From sequence record SRR31156797_604: a DNA stretch of 39,198 nucleotides; one strand, 5' to 3'. Every line of letters starts with the position of its first letter. Within the stretch, counting starts at the first letter, position 1. A model generated the notes under the pieces. That model made no database searches. It saw only the letters and a list, made by a program, of their open reading frames with translations, and had not been told where the DNA came from. A program made the translations under genes and the position numbers. Positions 20,862-28,452 of this stretch are shown here, in pieces.

Positions 20862-22216
20862 TATTCTGCCTCCCTTTTCTCATTATATTGTGATATTCTA
20901 CGGGCTAAATCATCTATTTCGTTTTTTGTTCTTTTTTCAGTTACTGCAATCAAATAATGATTTTTTAGTTCTGCGTTAGATTTTTCTAAGTTATAACCTA
21001 ATAGAATATTTTTATCTATTAAATATTGCTCTAATCCAGCTTTACCATTGTATTTCAAAACAAACTCTTTTAGAAATGAACCATCATATACTTTGTCAAA
21101 ATATCCAGTAGCAATTAATTTATCCATCGCATAATGGGACTTGAATATGCATTGCTGTCCCATTTCCTTAATGCCTTCTTTACCCATTGTTGCCATGTAA
21201 ATACATGCTATTAAAGCATTTAGTGCTTGATTTGAACAGATATTTGACGTTGCTTTATCACGTCTAATGTGTTGTTCTCGAGTCTGAATTGTTAACACAT
21301 AGGCTCTATTCCCATTGACATCTTTAGTTTCTCCCACTAGTCTACCGGGTATTTTTCTCATAAGTTTTAAATTAGCAGCAAAGTAACCTACATATGGACC
21401 ACCAAAGGACAAAGCATTGCCCAATGGTTGGGCATCGCCAATAACAATATCTGCACCCAATTTGCCGGGAGCTTCCAGCACACCAAGAGTTGAAGGGTCA
21501 GCAGACACTATCAGCTTTGCCTTAGTATCATGAACCAATTCCGCAATCTCTTTGATATCTTCGATTAATCCATAAAAATTTGGGGATTGTACGAGTACAG
21601 CTCCAATATTATCACTCAGCTTATCCTTTAAATCATTTATATCGGTAAGTCCATTTAGCGTTTTTACCATAGTAATAGTTTTACCAGAATATTTCGCATA
21701 AGTATTAATTACTGCTTGGGCTTCTGGATTAATATTATCAGGTATTAACACGGTATTTTTCCTAGCAGCACCGCATGCCACATTTATTGCTTCAGCAGCA
21801 GCAGTTGCACCATCGTACATTGATGCGTTTGCTACATCCATACCAGTTAATTGACATATCATAGTTTGATACTCAAAGATTGCCATTAGTGTACCTTGGC
21901 TGATTTCAGGTTGATATGGAGTATAAGATGTATAGAATTCCTGACGTGATATAATGCTGTCGATAACTGATGGAATATAATGATCATATGCCCCAGCGCC
22001 AAGGAAGCAGACAGTATCCAAAATGTTGCTGTTCTTGTTTGAAAGATTTCGTGTATGCCTTAGCAGTTCCTGCTCACTTAATGCCTCAGGAATGTCAATT
22101 GTTCTTTTTTTTATTTCTACAGGAATATCATCAAATAATTCATCTGTATCTTTAATGCCTATTTCAGATAGCATATCATTGATATCATTACTTGTATGAG
22201 GTATATATTTATGCAT
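20861..22216 (-). CDS. gcvPA: Glycine dehydrogenase subunit 1
   Basis: [50 protein letters not shown]. Confidence 0.97.
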   Translation of the reverse strand: MHKYIPHTSNDINDMLSEIGIKDTDELFDDIPVEIKKRTIDIPEALSEQELLRHTRNLSNKNSNILDTVCFLGAGAYDHYIPSVIDSIISRQEFYTSYTPYQPEISQGTLMAIFEYQTMICQLTGMDVANASMYDGATAAAEAINVACGAARKNTVLIPDNINPEAQAVINTYAKYSGKTITMVKTLNGLTDINDLKDKLSDNIGAVLVQSPNFYGLIEDIKEIAELVHDTKAKLIVSADPSTLGVLEAPGKLGADIVIGDAQPLGNALSFGGPYVGYFAANLKLMRKIPGRLVGETKDVNGNRAYVLTIQTREQHIRRDKATSNICSNQALNALIACIYMATMGKEGIKEMGQQCIFKSHYAMDKLIATGYFDKVYDGSFLKEFVLKYNGKAGLEQYLIDKNILLGYNLEKSNAELKNHYLIAVTEKRTKNEIDDLARRISQYNEKREAE

Positions 22217-22288
22217 TGTTTACTTCTTTCTAAGCTGTTTTACAAAAAGTAATGTTGGTATATATTTTACAGCTAATTGAATATTATA

Positions 22289-22669
22289 TTATTTATCACT
22301 GCAGTATTTTTCGTATTCTTCATCATTCATCAGACCATCAAGCTGTGACTTATCTGATAAAGAAACAGAAAAGATGAAATTCTCATATGGATTGGTGTTA
22401 ATATCTGCTGGATTATCCTCTAAGCCTTCGTTTATTTCAATTACAGTACCTGATATAGGAGAGTAAATATCTGAAGCAGCTTTTACTGATTCCACAACGC
22501 ATATCTCTTCACCTTTAACAGCGTCATCATCAATCTCAGGTAATTCAACATATACGATGTCTCCCAATGAATTCTGTGCATAGTCAGTAATTCCAACATA
22601 CGCCTTGTCGTCTTCTACTTTTACCCATTCATGGTCTTTTGAATAATATAGTCCTTTTATTGTTTTCAT
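22289..22669 (-). CDS. gcvH: Glycine cleavage system H protein
   Basis: YSKDHEW, VGITDYAQ..LGDIVYVELP, lipoyl-lysine VESVKAASD; start placed at ATG 22669. Confidence 0.96.
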   Translation of the reverse strand: MKTIKGLYYSKDHEWVKVEDDKAYVGITDYAQNSLGDIVYVELPEIDDDAVKGEEICVVESVKAASDIYSPISGTVIEINEGLEDNPADINTNPYENFIFSVSLSDKSQLDGLMNDEEYEKYCSDK

Positions 22670-22694
22670 ATGGCTTCTCACTTTCATATATCTT

Positions 22695-23792
22695 TTATTT
22701 TTTATAATTCTTTTTATAGAACGGCTTCTTTACAATTTTTGCTTTTAGTTGCTTTTTTCTTACTTGAATTAGAATTTCATTGCCAATAGCAGCATATTCA
22801 CTGTTAATCAAACCAATAGCAATGCTCTTGTCTACAGTAGGAGCCATACCGCCAGATGTTACAAAACCTATGATTTTATCATCTAGCAGAATCTCATATC
22901 CCTGCCTTGGTATACCTTTATCCACCATTTCAAGTCCGACTAGTTTACGCTTTTTACTTTCAGCTAGATATTTTTCAAGTGCTTCTTTTCCAATAAAATC
23001 ATCTTTATCAAGTTTAACAAAAAATTTGATGCCAGCTTCAATAGGATTAATCTCGGTGGTTAGTTCATGACCATAAAGAGGCAGGGCAGCTTCGAATCTC
23101 AATGTATCCCTTGCTCCAAGTCCACATGGAACTAAGCCTAAGTCCTTTCCATTGTCAAGAAGCAAATTCCAAATATCAACAGCATTTTCGTTTGGAATAT
23201 ATATTTCGAAGCCGTCTTCTCCTGTGTAACCGGTTCTGGAAACTATCGCTTCGTAATTACCAATAGTTATACTTGGTTCAAAGTGATAGAATTCGAGATT
23301 ATCCATACTATAATTCGTTAATTGTTGTAGTATTTTCTGTGAAAGAGGTCCCTGAATAGCAATCTGTGAATAGTAGTTTGATTTATTAGAAGTTTTTACA
23401 TTGAATTCTCCAATATGCTGATTGATCCAGTCATAATCTTTATTTGCATTTGAAGCGTTTACAACTAATAAATATTTTGATGTATTGAATTTATATATTA
23501 ATAAATCATCAACAACCCCTCCGTGTTCGTAGCACATAGGAGTGTAGATGATAGCGTTATCATTTATTCTAGTAATATCGTTGGTGACTAAGTACTGTAT
23601 AAATTTTTCTGCGTCATCGCCTTCAATAATTATTTCTCCCATGTGAGAAACGTCAAAAAGTCCTGCTTTATTGCGGACAGCATTATGTTCATTAATAATT
23701 GATGAATAAGAAACTGGTAGTTCCCATCCGAAGAAATCAACCATTTTGCCACCTAAGACAATATGACTGTCGTAAAGAGATGTTTTACTCAT
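22695..23792 (-). CDS. gcvT: Aminomethyltransferase (T protein)
   Basis: EH.AVR..AGLFDVSHMG, SRTGYTGEDGFE, GLGARDTLRFEA.LPLYG. Confidence 0.97.
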   Translation of the reverse strand: MSKTSLYDSHIVLGGKMVDFFGWELPVSYSSIINEHNAVRNKAGLFDVSHMGEIIIEGDDAEKFIQYLVTNDITRINDNAIIYTPMCYEHGGVVDDLLIYKFNTSKYLLVVNASNANKDYDWINQHIGEFNVKTSNKSNYYSQIAIQGPLSQKILQQLTNYSMDNLEFYHFEPSITIGNYEAIVSRTGYTGEDGFEIYIPNENAVDIWNLLLDNGKDLGLVPCGLGARDTLRFEAALPLYGHELTTEINPIEAGIKFFVKLDKDDFIGKEALEKYLAESKKRKLVGLEMVDKGIPRQGYEILLDDKIIGFVTSGGMAPTVDKSIAIGLINSEYAAIGNEILIQVRKKQLKAKIVKKPFYKKNYKK

Positions 23793-23844
23793 AATTTACT
23801 CCATAACTATAGTTTTTTTGTGCTAAGCACATATTATTCAAAAT

Positions 23845-23882
23845 AAAAAAGGAAGACACCAGAAATAAATCTGTCATCTTCC
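23845..23882 (-). terminator. Expression-platform terminator of the glycine riboswitch
   Basis: Minus strand GGAAGATGACAGA...TCTGGTGTCTTCC-TTTTTT immediately after the 3' strand of aptamer 2. Confidence 0.8.
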
Positions 23883-24064
23883 TCTGTATGTTTACCTGAG
23901 AGATTCTACGCAAAGCATATTGCTCCTTCGGTGCTTATAGTTAAGCTTTTCAGAGTTCTGTCAGAAAACGGTCCTATCTACCTGAAAGATTCACTTGATG
24001 CCAGACTGGGCACTAAGCTTGCTTCTTCGGTTCTCAACTGTGAGTATCTCCCGAATTCATCATA
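23882..24064 (-). ncRNA. Tandem glycine riboswitch
   Basis: Two aptamers: GGGAGA...ACCGAAGAAGCAA...AATCTTTCAGG and CTCTGAAAAG...CACCGAAGGAGCAA...AATCTCTCAGGTAAAC.TACAGAG, with a GATGAA/CTGAC leader-linker, upstream of gcvT. Confidence 0.95.
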
Positions 24065-24087
24065 CAGTACATATATAATTTTATTTA

Positions 24088-24116
24088 AGTATAGCAATAT
24101 GATTTTTAAAAGTCAA
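24088..24116 (-). promoter_or_regulatory. Sigma-A promoter of the gcv operon
   Basis: TTGACT, 17 bp spacer, TG-n-TATACT just upstream of the riboswitch. Confidence 0.75.
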
Positions 24117-24253
24117 GATTAAGTATAAGGGTTTATTATTTATTAGTATCTATCAGCTTTACTATGTACAAATTTTATCTGATTTCCCTGTATACTCAAA
24201 AATATTGAAACATGGTATAATGTTTGTCAGAACAAATAAGGAGCAGGATATAA

Positions 24254-25123
24254 ATGGATAGAAAACCTCCGTGGTTAAAGGTGAAAATGAATTATGAACA
24301 AGTCAGAGAAATGGAACAGCTTCTGGATTCATTATCGCTGAATACTGTATGCAAATCAGCTCATTGCCCCAATCGTGGGGAGTGTTTCAAAAAGCATACG
24401 GCTACTTTTATGATAATGGGAGAAAACTGTACCAGAAACTGCAGATTCTGCACTGTAAGCAAAGGGAAAATTGAGCCATTGGATGAGAATGAGCCAGAGA
24501 ATGTAGCGATTGCATCAAAGAAGTTAGGCTTAAAGCATATAGTAGTAACCAGTGTAACTCGTGACGATTTGCCTGATTATGGAGCAGATCATTTCGCCAA
24601 GACTATAACAATGCTGAAAAAGTATCTTCCAGAGAGCACAGTGGAAGTATTAATTCCTGATTTAATGGGTGATATTTCTGCATTAAAAATAATATTGAAT
24701 AAAAAGCCTGATATTTTAAACCATAATATTGAGACTGTTAAGAGTCTTTACGATGAAGTGCGCCCTATGGCTGAATATGATAGGTCATTATTGATATTGA
24801 AAAAAACTAAAGAGATAGATTCAGAGATATTCACCAAGAGCGGTATTATGGTCGGACTAGGTGAGACTTGTGAACAGGTTTACAAAGTGATGGATGATTT
24901 GCTTGATGTAGGCTGTGATATACTAACGATAGGTCAATATCTCCAGCCAACAAAAGAACATCTTGAAGTTAAGGAATTCGTCATTCCTGAACAATTTGAA
25001 AAATACAAGCAAATGGGTCTGCAAAAGGGATTCAAATATGTTGCCAGCGGTCCATTCGTGCGTTCATCGTACAATGCTAAAGAAGGTATGGATTTGATTA
25101 AAAAAGAAACTTCAACGAAATAA
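24254..25123 (+). CDS. lipA: Lipoyl synthase (radical SAM)
   Basis: KPPWLK, CX4CX5C (CKSAHCPNRGEC), CX3CX2C (CTRNCRFC), C-terminal RSSY. Confidence 0.97.
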   Translation: MDRKPPWLKVKMNYEQVREMEQLLDSLSLNTVCKSAHCPNRGECFKKHTATFMIMGENCTRNCRFCTVSKGKIEPLDENEPENVAIASKKLGLKHIVVTSVTRDDLPDYGADHFAKTITMLKKYLPESTVEVLIPDLMGDISALKIILNKKPDILNHNIETVKSLYDEVRPMAEYDRSLLILKKTKEIDSEIFTKSGIMVGLGETCEQVYKVMDDLLDVGCDILTIGQYLQPTKEHLEVKEFVIPEQFEKYKQMGLQKGFKYVASGPFVRSSYNAKEGMDLIKKETSTK

Positions 25124-25277
25124 AAGCCAAGCTGCAGCAAGAGTATGGAGTAAATAGTGAAGGTCTGGTTAGTCAATGGATTACTTTATTATCTAGTTTC
25201 CAGTAACTAGGCATACATTAGCTATCATGTGCAGCTTAAATAATTTCTTTCTATGTAAAATACAAGGAGAATAATCT

Positions 25278-26255
25278 ATGATTTATGTAAAGTCAGATAG
25301 TACAGATGCAAATTTCAACTTTGCCTTAGAAAAATATATTTTAGATGAAATGGATATATCTGATGAGTACTTTATATTCTGGAGAACTACACCAACATTA
25401 ATGATTGGCAAATTCCAGAATGTTTATGAAGAAATAAACATGGAGTATGCGAAGGCAAAGAATATCAATATTGTAAGGAGAATAACCGGCGGAGGCACAA
25501 TATATACTGACTTAAACGGCTGGCAGTTCTCGTTTATTAATAAAGATATTAACGAGTACAAAATTGACTTTGTAAGGTATACGAAGCCGATTATTAAAGC
25601 ACTGAAAAAACTAGGCGTCAAGGCATATTTAAGCGGCAGAAATGATTTGCTTATTGATGGTAAGAAGTTTTCTGGCAATGCTCAGTACAATTCAAAGCAT
25701 AAGAATCTGCACCACGGTTCAATACTGTTTAATACAGATTTAGAGGAACTGGTTCGTTCGCTTACTGTTGCTGACGAAAAGATAATTTCAAAAGGCATTA
25801 AGTCAGTGAAAGATAGAGTTGTAAACGTAGCTGATTATATTGATTATGATATAACTTCAGAAGAATTCAGAGACAAGATGCTGGATGCTCTACTCCAAGG
25901 TACAGAAACATATAAGCTTACCGATACAGATATTAATCGAGTAAATCAGATTAAGCAATCACAGTTTGACACATGGGAATGGAACATTGGTAAGTCTCCT
26001 AAATTTTCAATAACAAAGGATAATAGATTTGCTGGTGGGAAGCTGTCAATAAGTACAAACGTTGAAAAAGGAATTATTCAGGACATAGCTTTTTATGGAG
26101 ACTTTTTCGCCGCTAAGGATTTGGAAGAACTAAGAAAAGGACTTATTGGTACGAAATACGAAGAAAACGCTGTAAAGGACAGACTTGATGATTTAAATGC
26201 TGATGAATATTTCTTTAAGATAAATAAGGAAGAAATAATAAGCCTAATAATATAA
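25278..26255 (+). CDS. lplA: Lipoate-protein ligase A
   Basis: N.ALE, IGKFQN, RR.TGGG.IY.D, GRNDL..DGKKFSGNAQ, HHGS.LF, KGIKSV..RV.N; C-terminal domain with FYGDFF. Confidence 0.94.
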   Translation: MIYVKSDSTDANFNFALEKYILDEMDISDEYFIFWRTTPTLMIGKFQNVYEEINMEYAKAKNINIVRRITGGGTIYTDLNGWQFSFINKDINEYKIDFVRYTKPIIKALKKLGVKAYLSGRNDLLIDGKKFSGNAQYNSKHKNLHHGSILFNTDLEELVRSLTVADEKIISKGIKSVKDRVVNVADYIDYDITSEEFRDKMLDALLQGTETYKLTDTDINRVNQIKQSQFDTWEWNIGKSPKFSITKDNRFAGGKLSISTNVEKGIIQDIAFYGDFFAAKDLEELRKGLIGTKYEENAVKDRLDDLNADEYFFKINKEEIISLII

Positions 26256-26333
26256 ATCAAATTGATAAATCTTAGTAATCTTGTTATAATGAACATACTA
26301 ATTGAACAAATGATAATGATGTAAGGAGTAACA

Positions 26334-26699
26334 ATGAAACCATCTGAGTCAAAAGAAATGTATTTAGAAGTAATTTATAACATTGATCAAAAATCTGAAG
26401 TAATTCGTTCAGTTGATATAGCAAAAGCTCTTGGATATTCTAAACCAAGTGTAAACAGGGGAATAAATTTGCTCAAGAAAGAGGGGCTTATCATGCAGGA
26501 GCCCTATGGAAGTATTACATTAACTGAAAAGGGTAGGGATATTGCTAGTAAAATCAACATGAAGCATATTCTGCTTACTGAATTTTTGCAAGCGAGTCTT
26601 GGAATAAGTAAGGATACTGCGGAAAAAGATGCGTGCAGAATTGAGCATGTAATATCTGATGAATCTATGGAAGCAATAAAAAAATATTTAGATAAATAG
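26334..26699 (+). CDS. DtxR/MntR-family metal-dependent regulator (no FeoA domain)
   Basis: E.YLE.IY, R.VDIA..LG.SKPSV, LT.KG..A..I..KH..L..FL, AE.DACRIEH.IS. Confidence 0.92.
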   Translation: MKPSESKEMYLEVIYNIDQKSEVIRSVDIAKALGYSKPSVNRGINLLKKEGLIMQEPYGSITLTEKGRDIASKINMKHILLTEFLQASLGISKDTAEKDACRIEHVISDESMEAIKKYLDK

Positions 26700-26715
26700 T
26701 TTTGATAATAAATCG

Positions 26716-26756
26716 AAAACAGTGATGCAAAAAAATTCAATGCATTGCTGTTTTTT
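26716..26756 (+). terminator. Intrinsic terminator after the DtxR-family gene
   Basis: AAAACAGTGATGCA / TGCATTGCTGTTTT stem with T-run. Confidence 0.7.
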
Positions 26757-26903
26757 AATATGATGATATTTTACCTTAAGAATCTAATTGTAGAAATTTC
26801 ATATAAAATACTTTTGATTACTTATCAAAAAATATATTTCATTAGTAAAAATATCAGCTATTAGTAAATAAGCTTTAAATTAACGCTTTAATATATAAGA
26901 TTT

Positions 26904-26925
26904 AGTAATAACTAGCTGTTATAAT
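26904..26925 (+). repeat. Left arm of the 22-bp inverted repeat flanking thiT
   Basis: AGTAATAACTAGCTGTTATAAT, 20/22 identical to the reverse complement of 27755-27776. Confidence 0.8.
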
Positions 26926-26936
26926 AGTTTAATTAT

Positions 26937-27572
26937 TTAATTAATCTTTGAAGCTCTAAGGAATGCTTTTTTTACACCTGGAATCAAGGCGACAACTATA
27001 CATATGATAGTTTCTGGAAGCATAAATGAGCCATTGTATAATAATGAATATATATATGGAGACATGCCCTCAGGTGCATATTCACCCCAGAACGCAATGC
27101 CTGAGATATAGTGCATCAGGAATCTGGCGAAACAAGCAATGATTATTCCAATAATTAAATTCTTATTTCTAAAGAATCCTGTTAAGCCCAATAGTGTAAA
27201 GGGCAGAATATAATCAAACATAAATTGTACTGGATGCAGTATGTATGCTCCTTGTATAATCTGAACTAAGCTATAAACCAGACCGGCAACCAATCCTGCA
27301 GCAGGACCAAATGCATAACCAAATAGCATGATTGGAAGCATAGAAGCAGGGGTTATACTGCCTCCTTGAGGCATTTTGTACAATGTTATCATTGATAGAA
27401 CAAAGCTGACAGCAACACACACAGCACCAATTGCCAATGTTCTGGCTGTGAAGTTTTGCTTTTTGATAACAATCAGTATAAATCCGAATATCACCAGACC
27501 GGCAAGTGCAAGATAAGCTTCTAATGGCTGCTCAGCAAAGGCATTTACAAGTTGACTAAAATAATTTGACAT
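26937..27572 (-). CDS. thiT: ECF-type thiamine transporter S component ThiT, with an extra N-terminal helix
   Basis: LYKMPQGGS.T.ASMLP, HP.QF..DY, RF..H..SG..FW..YAP.G.SP..YSL.YN; TPP riboswitch upstream. Confidence 0.92.
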   Translation of the reverse strand: MSNYFSQLVNAFAEQPLEAYLALAGLVIFGFILIVIKKQNFTARTLAIGAVCVAVSFVLSMITLYKMPQGGSITPASMLPIMLFGYAFGPAAGLVAGLVYSLVQIIQGAYILHPVQFMFDYILPFTLLGLTGFFRNKNLIIGIIIACFARFLMHYISGIAFWGEYAPEGMSPYIYSLLYNGSFMLPETIICIVVALIPGVKKAFLRASKIN

Positions 27573-27597
27573 AAAAAAATCCTCCTTTTTGGAGGGA
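27573..27597 (-). terminator. TPP riboswitch expression platform: SD-sequestering hairpin with U7
   Basis: Minus strand TCCCTCC-AAAAA-GGAGGA-TTTTTTT-ATG. Confidence 0.7.
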
Positions 27598-27625
27598 CTA
27601 GCTGATAATAATAAATATTATTTAT

Positions 27626-27716
27626 TACATCCCTACGCAGGAATTACCCTGACAGGTTCAACGGGTTTATGATGCATCTTTTGGCATCAAATCTCAGCAA
27701 TAGCTCCCCAAGTTGT
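27626..27716 (-). ncRNA. TPP riboswitch (THI element)
   Basis: GGGGAGC...GCTGAGA...ACCCGTTGAACCTGTCAGGGTAATTCCTGCGTAGGGA upstream of thiT. Confidence 0.93.
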
Positions 27717-27754
27717 CGTTATAGTTGTTGTGTTTATGAGATTTAAATCTCTTG

Positions 27755-27776
27755 ATAATAACAGCTAATTATTACT
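27755..27776 (-). repeat. Right arm of the 22-bp inverted repeat, at the predicted thiT transcript 5' end
   Basis: Minus strand AGTAATAATTAGCTGTTATTAT. Confidence 0.8.
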
Positions 27777-27783
27777 TTGCATT

Positions 27784-27812
27784 ATTATACTCTGATGATA
27801 TAATGATGTCAA
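27784..27812 (-). promoter_or_regulatory. Consensus sigma-A promoter for thiT
   Basis: TTGACA, 17 bp spacer, TATAAT on the minus strand. Confidence 0.85.
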
Positions 27813-27859
27813 TGTCAAAAAATAGATTGATATTAATAACGGTTGATTGAGAGATAAAA

Positions 27860-28435
27860 ATGATTAGTCACTTTTTTGCATATATATCTAGAATGAAGTA
27901 CATTAAGCGATGGGGACTGATGCGCAATGTTATGGAGGAAAATATCCAGGAACATAGCCAGCAGGTATCAGTAATTGCACACAATCTTGCTGTGCTTGAG
28001 AATAAGCTATTCGGCGGAAGCTATGATGCAAATTTCATTGCAGTATTAGCGATGTATCACGAAACAAGCGAAATAATTACAGGCGACCTGCCTACACCAA
28101 TTAAATATTTTAATCCTAATATAAGCAAGGAATACAAGATAATAGAGCATATGGCTAACAAAAGAATTCTTGCTATGCTGCCAGAAGAAATAAGAGATGA
28201 TTATCAGGATATCATAGTACAAAAAGATGATAAAAATCATAAAATTGTAAAAGCTGCTGACAGGATCTCAGCATATATTAAGTGTTTGGAAGAGATATCA
28301 GCCAGCAACAGAGAATTTCAAAAAGCAAAAGAATCTATTGAAAAGTCTATTAAAGAAATCGATTTGAAATCTGTTGAGTATTTTATGGGAACTTTTATAC
28401 CTAGTTATCTACTGACGTTGGATGAAATGAGATAG
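27860..28435 (+). CDS. yfbR: 5'-deoxynucleotidase, YfbR-like HD family
   Basis: FFA...RMK.I.RW.LMRN...EN..EHS.QV..IAH, H(E)..E..TGDLPTPIKYFN, VKAAD..SAY.KC.EE. Confidence 0.9.
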   Translation: MISHFFAYISRMKYIKRWGLMRNVMEENIQEHSQQVSVIAHNLAVLENKLFGGSYDANFIAVLAMYHETSEIITGDLPTPIKYFNPNISKEYKIIEHMANKRILAMLPEEIRDDYQDIIVQKDDKNHKIVKAADRISAYIKCLEEISASNREFQKAKESIEKSIKEIDLKSVEYFMGTFIPSYLLTLDEMR

Positions 28436-28452
28436 AATAGGAAAAATAATAC

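Noticed and set aside
23931-24122. 63-aa plus-strand ORF upstream of gcvT
   Set aside because: It is antisense to the glycine riboswitch and gcv promoter and has no recognisable protein features.
25124-25240. SAM-I or lysine riboswitch between lipA and lplA (AAGAG, AGTA, GAAGG fragments)
   Set aside because: The SAM-I core (GCAACC, GTGC) and the lysine core (AGAGG, GCCGAA) are absent. Kept only as an unclassified candidate.
26757-26903. AT-rich spacer as a possible dif site or replication origin
   Set aside because: No match to the Firmicute dif consensus and no cluster of TTATCCACA DnaA boxes.
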